A DNA stretch of 63,241 bases, filler included, from Choristocarpus tenellus KU-1152 (lineage: Eukaryota > Protista > Phaeophyceae): NCBI GenBank assembly GCA_964200185.2. It is 10 parts of 10 records of this genome, joined end to end, with 100 filler letters (N's around TTAATTAATTAA, not from the genome) between each part and the next. Parts side by side here need not be neighbours in the genome. Positions count along the whole stretch, not along the records: positions 10,431 to 30,325 come from CAXNAD020000436.1; 9 more parts are not named here. One strand, given 5' to 3'. The position numbers and the translations under genes were made by a program. Positions within the stretch are counted from its first letter, which is position 1; every line of letters starts with the position of its first letter. The notes under the pieces are model-generated. The model did not search any database and was not told the DNA's origin. It saw only the letters and a list, made by a program, of their open reading frames with translations. Below, one piece after another: positions 11,435 through 22,319 of this stretch.

Positions 11435-14400
11435 CTCCATCACCCTCCCAAAACCGCCACATGCAGCTGCCATCTGCTTGTACAGCTGTGGGCTCTGAGC
11501 CAGGCACGCTGGATGTCCAAAATAGTCAAGAGTGAACACATTCGAACCTCCCTCAGAAGCACCGCCTAGAAGCTTAGGTGAATGAATCTCCAAGAAACCC
11601 TGGGTTGTTGAAGGCGGCAGCCAAAACAGAACACAGTACAGCCAAGGGAGTAGGTTCAGAGTGGCGGCCCATTAGAACATTAGGTGGGAGGGGGGGAGGT
11701 AGCCCTGTCAAGAGATCAAGGGTCGTATGGACAACAGGAGAAAACAGGTTGGTCACCAACTCTTGAGATGAGAAGATGCCATCGTATTGTGCTCCAAACA
11801 CACAACAGCATATCCACCACTCTCGCTTAAGGGTGACTGCTCTTGAGGCTGAGAATACCCACACAATGAGAACATTGTGCTGCTAGAACCTGCTAGCAAA
11901 CCGATTACAGTTATGACTAGCTCTCATCTTAGAGACTACAGTTGCGGCTAGCCCACGTCTACACAACAATGCAGTAGCCAAGTCCAAACTCTGACTACAA
12001 CTTTGCAGTCTCAACAAGAAACCCAGTTCTGAAAATTCACTTCATCTTAACAAAATTAAAAAATGGGAATAAAAAAAAGAACGTGAAGTTTCGGAATCAT
12101 CACGGCTAAGAGACAGAAACTTTTCTACACATTTGGAACAATATTCAAAGTGCACCCAGGTTATTATTTTCCACTTGTGGTGGCAAAACACCCCCTGCAA
12201 CCTGCAGAGGGAATTTTCTTCTTGTTACAAGGAAGCAACCTCACTTGCGAGGACTTGACTCACAACAGTTGGGATCTGTAATTTGAGATGCAAATTGTCT
12301 TGTTAACTGCAGACTCAACTCCAGTCATAGCAGTGCCAGAACTTCAAGGATAAATGACTTCCATTTGGACCTCAAACCAACCCCCCCTCCCCTGATCAGT
12401 GTAACAGACACAATAGGTGCAGGATACACAGTGTTCAAGAAAGTACACATCACCTTGGAACTGAGATATGCCCGGAACTGCTGGCAAACCTCTGATTGCA
12501 CATGAAAGATAGCCTGGTTCGCTGGTGTTCGAAAATCTATCCAGCGGTAGTCAAGGCGAGTGTCAGGTCCCACCCTGGGCACCTTCGGTAGGGAAGTAAG
12601 AGTGGGCATCGTCCCATGTCAATAATGGAATTGACCCTCCCTTCCACCTATGTGGCCCAAGCAAACATCACATCAAGAAAAAAAGCTCCCCCCCCCCCCC
12701 AAAAAAAAAAAAGAAAAAAAAGAAGGTAAAAGAGGAAAAACCACTCTCAATGAGAGAGGGCCATTTGCCTCACGAATCGATGCACAATTCAATACCTACC
12801 GATTGAAAAAATCTCAACATTGCGAGTTTGTGTTCAGCCCCATGCTTGGGCTAAAACCCATCCGCTAAGCAAAAAAGAAAATCCTACCAACCCATCACAT
12901 GTACTCCTCTTCCTAAAGCAGAAGGTGTAACAAATGGCAAATCTTGACGACAGCTCCCGTTGACTATATGACATGGCATGATGCACTTGACAGAATAGTG
13001 CTCTTCTTGTTCCCAAAACCTCGTTCCACAAAAGAGCCATACCCACCTTCCCATCTTTCTCTTCCTGCTTCTCCTCCTCCGGCGTAAGGTCTGGCCTTGA
13101 TGCATCAGCGACAATCAGCGGCAGGAATGTGTCTGCCTCACTGACCACATGCACCTACGAACAATGTGGGCGAAAGGGTGCATGAGTAAAGGGGTGTTCG
13201 CACACCTTGTCAACCAGGACTAGCAGGCAGCAGTGCTGACCCTAGCCATAACCCAAGCCATGAGGGACAGTTGGGTAAGAAGGGAATAAAGATAACATGG
13301 TCAATTTTCATTAACATGACTGCAAATGTATTCGTGTCACATACTTCTTCGATCTTGAGCTCAATGTCCTGCTGAGTGCATCCAGACACTGGGCTGGGAG
13401 CTATGACCACTGTGCCCCGCACATCAACCACAGATTCCCTTGAGATTGCTGTGGCGTATGTAACCAATGCTCTAGTGATGTTGCCCTCTACAAATGCTGT
13501 GGCCTGTACAGTAAAGTATGAGCTACGGAGTACAAGAAATACTCCCTTCTTGATAGATCTTCCACAGGCATGGTGTACCCACCATGGGGAAGACAGCGGT
13601 GTGGTGTGGGGGCGGGGGAAGGGGACGTTGGGAGGTATGTGAATGTTACAGAGAGAGTGCTAGCAAGGTAAAAATCTAATTTGCACTAGTTGTGCTGTCT
13701 CTCTCCTCCATTCAGCATGATGGCCCCAGAAACTGCAACATTTTCACTATTACCTACTCTGCACCTCCAGGGCTGGGAAATAGTGCACATAACTAAAACA
13801 CAAGCGTTAATCAGCAGAGTTTAAATAAGTAAAGGCAACAATAGAACACCTAGGGCACATGCGTTGTGTGCATGTGTGTTTTTGCCGGATGTATTTCCAT
13901 CCCATGAAGGAGGAAGCCAGAACCATATAACAACAATGAAGGGAACAGCTCCCCCACACAATACAGACAAGGAAGCAAAGGACTCTAGTTAAGAGGTATG
14001 GAAAAACCCTTAGACGAAACTGTGGCACAAGTGGGTTGCATAAAAGGCCCAATTAAGGACATGGGCTATTGCAAACTACAAATCAGCACAACCCATTACA
14101 AGTAATTAGTTCACTAATCGATAGATTTTCCAGATGGTTATACTTGCAAACAGAGGAATATATTTTGGCTCGACAAGTTTTGATGCAAGCTGTAAGCAGA
14201 GGTGTGGCTGAGGTGCTACTGTTGAGTACCTGGACGTGTGGACTCGTGCACGCACCCAAAGATCCTCGCCACTCTTGGCTGCACTAAGTTTATCAATTGG
14301 GCAGAACACCTTGCCTGTGATCTCTGATGACTGGATAATGGGCAAATTGCCGAATCTCCATTCCTGACCTTCTGGACCACTGGGGAGTAGAGGAGAGTGG

Positions 14401-14910
14401 ATGGTGTTGTTTAGTGAGGGACGGCTGTACCTAAAAGTGGAGGATTCTCGAGAGCAGAAAAGGGGGTCATACATGCGAGGGATGCAATCACTCTCAGCCA
14501 AAATGTTACCGATGACCTACGAATAAAACCCAGCATGCACGAGGAAGCTACAACACGGGTACTCGCCTTTCCAGTGTCGCCGCTTGCACCTTCTCCTCTA
14601 CCTGCTTCTTCTCTCTCTCAGCCTTCGCAGCAGCTTTTTCAGCCTCCTTTTTCTCGCGTTGCAATTGCTTTTTGCTCTTCTTATTTGGGTCTACGTTAAC
14701 CTGTGGTTCTGGATCCTTCTTCTTCTCCTTCTTTGGCTGCCCTGGTGCAACATATTCTGATCCGGTGATGACCTTGTACTTACCCTTCAGACTCAAGAGC
14801 TCGTCGATATGCGGTTTCAGGGCATCTTTGGCCGCACCCTCAGTCTTTAAGGCTCGAATCTCTTCACCCTTAGCGGTGATAAGGCCAACAATTTCTTCCG
14901 GGGTAGCCAT
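11435..14910 (-). CDS. DARS1: Cytosolic aspartyl-tRNA synthetase with N-terminal WHEP-type domain; multi-exon, 3' part lost at the contig gap
   Basis: Exons: 14567-14910 (WHEP plus Lys-rich linker), 14230-14379 (FGNLPIIQS..LWVRARVHTSR), ~13345-13558 (FLVLR..TVQA..SRESVVDVRG, OB fold), ~13046-13154, ~12454-12583 (DTRLDYRWIDFRTPANQAIF) and 11435-11599 (GFLEIHSPKLLGGASEGGSNVF..LAQSPQLYKQM, class IIb motif 1 region). Confidence 0.95.
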
Positions 14911-15098
14911 GGCCTCGTGGTGTTCTAGCCTCCTTCTCCAAAAGCAGATCCTTTAGAGGTACTAGGAGCCATGAGGAAAGGTCCATAAAACTTCACGCCT
15001 CTACATCAAACTGAACTCCCTTGCATTGATGAGTTTTATGTACATATCGGTAAAATGGACAGAAGGTATTGTGAGGTTGGAACATCAACTATTTACAA
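14911..15098. promoter_or_regulatory. Probable bidirectional promoter between AspRS and the acyltransferase
   Basis: Only 188 bp separates the divergent start codons at 14910 (-) and 15099 (+). Confidence 0.55.
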
Positions 15099-16319
15099 AT
15101 GGTACAACAGTACCACCTTTCAAAGATTGCTGAGAAAGGTTCGAGTATACCAGGGGCCAGTGGTATACACCATACTGCAAAACAGGTTCCAATGATGAAC
15201 GGAGGCAAGGAAATTCGCCCGGTAGGGTCGGCTCGTTGGAAGGCAGAGGTGGAGGGTCCGTTCAAGAGACTCGATCAGAACCCTAATGGAACTGAAATTG
15301 CTAGACTGGTGCTGTGCATGTTAACACTGGTGCCGTTGCGACTGCTCCTCCTCGTCATCATTGTTCTCCCTTACTATATATTGGCGATTTCATGGCTCAC
15401 CATGACCCCAGACCGACCCTGGGCGCATCGAGTGAGCATTTGTGCGTTGCGCCTGGCATCGCGATTGGTTTTGTTTGCAATGGGCTTCTGGCGTATTCAG
15501 GTATCAGGCAAGGAGTACGTCGGGAGGAAAGGGGATCCACGCGTATTCGTGTCCAATCATATTAGTTATGTGGAGATCCTGTACTTCATGGCCGAGTTCG
15601 GAGCAAGCTTCGTGATGAAACGCACTTGCCTGAACGTTCCTATCATTGGGAAGGTGGCCATGATCGTCCTGGACTCGGTGTCGGTCGATAACAAGGGAGA
15701 GAAGGCTGGAGGAAGCGGCTTTGATGCCATCGCAAAACGGTTAGACGCCATGTTTGGATGCGAAGAACAGACAGGGCCGGAGGAGGCGACAGGTGCTGTT
15801 GGTGCCAAGGCAGGGGGAATGACTGAGACAGGGGTAGAAAGTACGGGTTGGCGGGGAAATCCATTGGTGATATTTGCAGAGGGAACCACTTCCAACGGGG
15901 GTTGTTTGTTACGCTTCAAGACGGGGATATTCGCTGCTGGAGCCCGGCCAGTCCACCCAGTTGTGTTGCAATTTCCCTTCAGTCGATTCTCCCCGGCCTA
16001 CGAGAGCATCCCCACACACACACATATTCTGCGCCTACTCAGCGAGCCCTTCAACACGCTCACCGTGAAGTTCCTTCCTCGGCATGAGCCCACTCCTGCA
16101 GAGGTTGCTGACCCCGTCCAGTACGCGAAAGCTGTCCAGGCAGAGATGTCAGAAGCCCTGGGCGGACTCCATACTGTAGAGGCAGGATACGCACAAAAAA
16201 TGGAATACCACAAATACATCCGTCAGAAATACAGTGAGCACCCTTGGGGATTTCTTGCTCCCCTTCTTGTGGTTGATCCTATTAAAAGGACAAGAGGCAA
16301 GGCTGAGAAAGGTGACTGA
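15099..16319 (+). CDS. Lysophospholipid acyltransferase (LPCAT/LPEAT, PlsC family), single exon, 406 aa
   Basis: N-terminal transmembrane segment (LTLVPLRLLLLVIIV), motif I SNHISYVE, FAEGTTSNG, LLRFKTGIF and PVHPVVL, in one uninterrupted ORF. Confidence 0.92.
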   Translation: MVQQYHLSKIAEKGSSIPGASGIHHTAKQVPMMNGGKEIRPVGSARWKAEVEGPFKRLDQNPNGTEIARLVLCMLTLVPLRLLLLVIIVLPYYILAISWLTMTPDRPWAHRVSICALRLASRLVLFAMGFWRIQVSGKEYVGRKGDPRVFVSNHISYVEILYFMAEFGASFVMKRTCLNVPIIGKVAMIVLDSVSVDNKGEKAGGSGFDAIAKRLDAMFGCEEQTGPEEATGAVGAKAGGMTETGVESTGWRGNPLVIFAEGTTSNGGCLLRFKTGIFAAGARPVHPVVLQFPFSRFSPAYESIPTHTHILRLLSEPFNTLTVKFLPRHEPTPAEVADPVQYAKAVQAEMSEALGGLHTVEAGYAQKMEYHKYIRQKYSEHPWGFLAPLLVVDPIKRTRGKAEKGD

Positions 16320-17852
16320 GGTCCTTGAGGTGGCTCATCTGGCTAGCAGGTCTACATTTTCGTGGTCAAGGGTGATTAGGAGCCCTCCACAAGGAAGCTG
16401 ATAGAAGGGAATGGGGATTCCATTATGGAGCAGGAAAATGAAGCTATTTCTTGAAAGGGCTTCATCCAGAGGGTTGCTGTGCTTGTGGTGATGCTAACAA
16501 CAGTATGAACGCTTGCTCTTTCCTCATTGTAACACTGTTTTATTAGGTTGAAATATTTGTGTCTGCAGGAGCTGTCAGAGCTGTAAAACACATTTGAATG
16601 TTGTATGCTGTGTCGAGAGTCGTGTACTAGATGCGACATGCCCTCTTATTTTTTCTAGAAAGTGAAGTCAGCGTCAATGTGAACGTCTTTTTGTGGATAC
16701 GTCCTCAATTTCTTTTTAGAGCTCCAGGGTCAGCATCTCCCATGCTTCTTGCAGTTCTTTGTGATCTCCTCATGTTACATTAGAAGCTATGATTTGAATT
16801 GTGGCTGTCAGTAATCTCATAGGCAGTTATTGATTTGTATTGCTCTTTTCTTGAGTTGTTATTTTGTTACGACGCCATCCAGTTTTGGTCCTATTGTTCT
16901 TTGTGGTGCTCTATTGCTTTATTGGGAGGAACAGGTTGAATTGTGGCTGATATTGGTTATCTTATAGACTGTCCTTGAGTTGGCATTCTGTTACACTGCC
17001 ATCCAATTTATGCTTTTGTTCTTCAAATTCACTTTAGATTTCTAACTATGATATTGTCAATATTAGTTTCTCATTGTTGAAGCATCCCAAGGAGACTGCC
17101 ACTCAGTGTTTGTCTCTTTTTGCTTGGACAGGTCATTTTGCCTTTGAAGCCTGGGTGTGGGTGCAAGAATCTTGAAGAGCAAAAGGCATGTAGGCCCGAA
17201 GTATCTTTCCACCAAGGGCAATCATTTGTGCAATAGTGCAATAACCCTGTCAAAGCGTCTACTGTTGGATACTCCCAACATTCACTGCTCTCATATGTGA
17301 ATAAGGTGTTCTAACGGGTAGCGGATGCAAGGAAGTTTTTGATCATATTTTTGGTAGTAAAAGGTTTCAAGATAGTTACAACACCTGTAGGCACCCTCCC
17401 AATATATTGTGTATTGCAGTGATGTGAACCAAAACTATTCTCAGTTAAAATTTAACCAGCTAGAAAATCTTTGATTTGATCGATTGAACTATTGGCGCAC
17501 GAGGCGACAAGAGAAACATTTGTGAGCTGATCACCAAGTAGCATGTGGTGCCGCAAGGCAAGAGACTCTCCGCCTGGAGTGGGACCTTTTTTGGAGGCGT
17601 GGAATCTCTTTTTGAGCTCTCTTTTGCCCTCTTTCTTCTTTGCCCAGAGGCACGATCTCCGTTCTGCTGTAGTATATGATACAGACTATTGGCCATTGTT
17701 GTCTTGCTTACGGAATGCTGAAGAATATATGGCTGAGACTTTGACTTTGGAGAACAAAGATGGAGTCATTAAGACTTTCTTACACCCCTCCCGAATATTA
17801 CTCTGTAATATATTTCTTAGTATAATTATCAAAGCATTATCGAGATGTCACT

Positions 17853-18006
17853 GAGCCAAAGTAAACGAGAGGCACCCATATTGTTTGGATTTTTCGACAG
17901 AATTAAGAAAATTCCCTCGACATATTCGTAGAAAAAGTTAAAATTTGCACGTATTTGTTAGCATCCTTAAAATACAAACCTAGGTACCTATCGTTTCCTA
18001 TGACTC
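17853..18006. mobile_element. MITE family C, short copy
   Basis: GAGCCAAAGTAAACGAGAGGCACCCA ... TAGGTACCTATCGTTTCCTATGACTC; the internal sequence resembles 9018-9276. Confidence 0.7.
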
Positions 18007-19335
18007 CCTGGCGAAGGAGAGAAGTTATGCCTACACGCAAGAGACGTTATGTCAGCTCTGTGTGTCTTTTTTTTATGTGTAAACAACTGAATAAACGAAC
18101 TGCAGTTATGTACTCTGAATTCATTGAACTGATGTCTATCAAACTGTCGCACTTCAAACCACTAGCATATTATTTGAAACCCAGACTGAGTGGAGCTCTA
18201 GGTGTGGATCATTAGGATTACTACTCTGCTGTGGAAGCAGCACCAAGCCCTTCATGTCAGGCGTCTTGAGCGTTTTTGACGGCTAGGGGCACAAGTCTGC
18301 CTTGATTCGAATTGTCCTTTCTTCAATCCATTGTATGTCTTGCGACAAGCGACTGACAAGAACGCCTGGAACTGTGTGTGAGGCCCAGTATTTGGGGTAA
18401 AAGTCAATGGAGAAGAACAGAGCATGTGAAATTTTGCCTCTTGCCAAGCAGAGTGCAGCAAATTACACATTGAAGAACATACTAACACCAAATATTTATC
18501 CAACACTTTTAGTTGTATTAGGTATTGTAGTGTTGTACTGTGTTCGAACAGGATTATTAACATATAGTCGCAATTTAGTGAGCGATATTATTGTATGAAA
18601 TCCAAAAGACTATTGATAGTGTATATCAAATGATTTGTGTCGTTACATGACAGGGAAAAGAATCATAGCGTACTACCACCACTCTACCCAATTATATTTT
18701 TTAGTTTTCCCTGACACATATTCAAAGGGAAAGTTTACAAAATAATCTGAGTTTTGTGGGGGGAAGAATTCTGGTTGGTTGGGGGCACAGGGCAAGGAAG
18801 GGGACAGGAAAGAAAGAAGAGTTATCAAGGAGGGAACAAAGAGTTAAATATTGAGTGGTGAGAGAGGGGGGAGAAGTGGTTAAAGAAATTGGTGGCAGGC
18901 AGAGGCATGAGGGGAGAGGCAATGGACAGTATTGAATCGAAGAGGAAACCTGAGGCTGGGGTGACAAGACGAGGAGGGCTAGACCAAGAGGACCCCCGAG
19001 CAAGCTTTCCCGCCCACCCACCCTGTCGCTTGCTCACAACCGACTTGGGTCTTAGGGTGGGAAGGGAGGTCAAGTTCGGGCGAGGTAGATATTTCTAGCT
19101 CAAAGGCACGGTATGAAGGGGATGATGAAGGGGGGTTCTTGGATTATTGTGGGGTGGTGTTGAGTGGTGTTGAGTGGTGTGGTGTTGAGTGGTGTTCAAT
19201 GGTGTAGTGGAGTGGTAAGTGGGGTGGGGTTGACTGGAGTGGTAACTGGTGTGGGGGTTGAGCGGGATTGAATAGGGTTGAAAGGGGTGGTAGAGACCAG
19301 GCACTGGCTCTTCATTGGATGTGGGGGCTGACGAT

Positions 19336-19545
19336 AAATCAGTGGCGAAGGGGGTTCGCCCTGGTTGGTCATCAGATGTGGGGGTGACTGGAAATCAGGG
19401 TCGAAGGGGGGTTTGCCCTGGTTGGTCATCAGATGGAGGGGGTGACTGGAAATCAGTGGCAGAAGGGGTTTGCCCTGGTTCGTCATCAGAGTTGCGGTGG
19501 CTGAAAATCAGTGGCGAAGGGGTCGCACTGGTTGGTCACAAGGGT
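19336..19545. repeat. Minisatellite, about 4 units of ~56 bp, preceded by a (GGTGTTGAGT)-like simple repeat at ~19150-19260
   Basis: Unit AAATCAGTGGCGAAGGGGGTTCGCCCTGGTTGGTCATCAGATGTGGGGGTGACTGG recurs at ~19336, 19392, 19450 and 19505. Confidence 0.85.
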
Positions 19546-20217
19546 TGTTAGAATGTGAGAAATGGAATAGGGAGAAATGCAAACATAGAATAAAATAATA
19601 ATAATCCAGAATTCGTGAGGAAAACAAAATATAAACAAAATATCACAAGGCATAATATATATTTTTCGTGTGTATATATACTATTATCCCTGGAAAGATT
19701 TTTCAGATATGTCAAGAGGGAGCACCAAAGTTGTTCTGACAAGGATTATTTCAAATACTGTTGTCATCAATGTCAAGACACCTCACTTTAATATATTTTT
19801 TGTTTCAATACTAGCAATATAACAATACCCACTTAAACGTTATTCACTACACTGTTATGGTTCTAATCTACCTTGACCCTACAAAGGTGGGCGAGGAACT
19901 AGGGAAGCATCTCAAGAATTTGTGTGCAAATCAGGAATTTTCCCAATCAGTGACCAGTTTCCCCAAAACACAGCCAATACAGTACCTACCCCGATTTTGT
20001 TCACCCCTGTATATGTCGAAAAAAGAGGTACAAAAAGGGGTGTGGTATATAATATTTGGTATAAAATAGGTGTAGGTACTGTATATATATTACCACTACT
20101 ATTCTGAAGTGAACAAGATGCAACAATATATCTTAATCTTTTCTGGACTGAAGTGGTTCATGGTGTAAGTAGACCCTTTTGGTGGAGAGGGGTACTGTAG
20201 AAATCCGAGAATTCCCA

Positions 20218-20400
20218 ATTTTTTATTATTATACCCTCTGAAATTTTGCAGATGTGTCAATGGGAAAACAAATGAAAACTATACATATATCAGTATAAGC
20301 CCTGTAAGTGTGAAAACTATAAATCAGTTACTTCACCACTATCGATATTGTACTACTGTCTTCCTGTGCTTCCCATCTAACTACTCCTGCGCCCGGGGGG
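20218..20400 (-). mobile_element. 3' UTR and tail of the CRE-type non-LTR element, inverted short copy
   Basis: The reverse complement matches 20940-21140 (GCAGGA..CACAGGAAG..GTAGTA..TTTTCATT.GTTTTCC..CATCT.CAAAAT..AGAGGG..AATAATAAAAA). Confidence 0.65.
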
Positions 20401-20409
20401 GGATTTCCC

Positions 20410-21140
20410 TATTTTCGCCAAGGGATTGAATGTTGGTAGAGCGGTAAGAACTTTTGATATTGAACACTGGTCTTCCATGCTGGTGCGCTCGTAGATGCGG
20501 GATCAGCTCCCTACCGAGACAAAGTCCTCCTCCTGGATGTTACGTTTGCTGAAGTGCAGGCAGCATCTCACCTGCCACACTCATCCACCAGCAATGGTGT
20601 AGTTGCTTCTGTAGGTAGGTGCGGGGCGAAAGCGCACCCGCTACTATGACTCTTTCGATTCTCGTAGTTATAACCTCAACACCTTCGCGGTGGAAAGTTT
20701 TGGGTGCCTCGGTAATTAAGCGGCAAGTTTCCTGGATGAGCTGGCTACGCACGTGGTAGGGGGGAAGGGACTGGAGGCTACACCAGGAAAGGGGCAGTCA
20801 AACCCCGCCTATGACAAATAGCCTCTGTTACAACCCAGATTGCCCTGTCTAGACGTGTCATGCGTTTTAAGCTGGAGACATCATGGAGATAGGCAAGGAG
20901 GGGCTTGTTAGGTTCTTTGGATGTTTCCCTAGCTCCTCACCCTGGGGTGCAGGAATAAGCTAGGTTGGAGACACAGGAAGGAAGTGATGCAACATACGTG
21001 GTAGTAAAATAGTATATAGATCAATGTTTTACACATTTTTGACAACGGTTACTTTTTTAGGGATTTTTCTGACATTTGAATAGTTTCATTGGTTTTCCTT
21101 TTACGCATCTACAAAATGTTAGAGGGCAAAATAATAAAAA
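20410..21140 (+). mobile_element. 5'-truncated non-LTR retrotransposon (CRE-like, restriction-like endonuclease C-terminus), decayed
   Basis: Translation across frameshifts gives YRDKVLLLDVTFAEVQAASHL..RKRTRYYDSFDSRSYNLNTFAVESFGCLG..FLDELATHVVGG..QIASVTTQIALSRRVMRFKL, an RLE-type D..DVT..K..Y..AVE.FG pattern, followed by a 3' UTR and an AAT-rich tail. Confidence 0.7.
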
Positions 21141-21891
21141 ACAATGATGGTATATGGGAATGGGCAAACATCATCCACAACTTTTGCGTCGCCATACCCC
21201 ACCATCAACTAAATCAGAACCCTAGCTAAAGTATAGAACTCCACTCAATGGGGCATGGTAAATAAACGTGGATTATATTTATTTCAACCCCCATTGTTCA
21301 TAGTAGTACCGCATCGTACGGCATCGTGTGGAAACACATTATTTTTCAACCTGGAGTTTTTATGGGGATATATATAGACGGTTTTAGACTGCATATTTAC
21401 GTTTAGTTTTCAAAAAAATCAATTTGGGATGTTACAGACCTGCATTGTTACGTACATGGGAAGCCTTTTCAACGGGGGCGAGGAGTCGTGCACAAGGGGG
21501 TTGGTAAAAAAATGGTGCATAGTTCTACCTGAAGGGGTTCGATATTTCTCACCATTTTAGGTACTTCTACGATTGGATAGAAGCACCTCAATCCCCCCAT
21601 AACATAACTGTTGGGGTGTATACGCCTTCGGATTGGGTTAGGGTTAGGTATCTCATGCATTCTTGATCTGATCATGCTTTCATTGGTTGTCTGGGTCTGA
21701 TGTCGCAGGTCTTGTCTTCTTTGGTCTGGGTATAAGGTTGTATTGTGGGCAGGTCAAGTCTGAGGATGCACTCGAGACGCTTATGACTGTGCCAGTCACT
21801 GGACCGTTCCACACCACTGTGGATCGCTATCCACATTACCGCAAAATATCACTCCCGTTGAAAAAGATACAACAGGCTTTGGGGTTATCCT

Positions 21892-22080
21892 GGCTCAAAG
21901 TATCTGGGGGGGGGGGGTGGTGACTGTCCATTTGGGGACAATTTTTTCATATCTCAATTTTTGGGTGATTTGGTTCCATACGTTGGATGGATAATGAAAG
22001 TTCATTTTTCCTGGTTTTGGTCCAAATGGACACTCTGGTGTAGACCCCCCCCCTCCCCTCCCTCCCAGATACTTTGGGTC
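21892..22080. mobile_element. MITE family A
   Basis: GGCTCAAAGTATCTGGGG ... CCCAGATACTTTGGGTC; the interior matches 7944-8121 in reverse. Confidence 0.9.
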
Positions 22081-22134
22081 TCGCAACACTTTGGGTGCTA
22101 CTTCATTCAGTAGTCGTCTATTAGTCTGCACAAT

Positions 22135-22319
22135 GGCTCGAAGTATCTGGGGGGGGGGGGAGGTCTACACCACCAGGGTGTCCATTCGGGCCCTGATCAG
22201 GAGAAGTGTACTTACATTATCCATCCGACATATGCAGCCAAATCACACAAAAATTGCGACATGGAAAATGGGCCCCGAATGGACAGTCGCCACACACACA
22301 CCCCCATATACTTTGAGCC
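22135..22319. mobile_element. MITE family A, opposite orientation, 54 bp from the previous copy
   Basis: GGCTCGAAGTATCTGGGG ... ATACTTTGAGCC, flanked by AAT on both sides. Confidence 0.88.

Noticed and set aside
16376-18600. Scattered 60-100 aa ORFs downstream of the acyltransferase, including a weak LYVLRQA..AWN copia-like peptide
   Set aside because: All frames have stops and no consistent motif order is present, so nothing can be supported.
19336-19545. CRISPR-like array, or a 16S rRNA fragment (CAGTGGCGAAGG)
   Set aside because: Units are contiguous with no unique spacers, there are no cas genes and the context is eukaryotic. The rRNA similarity is only about 12 nt.
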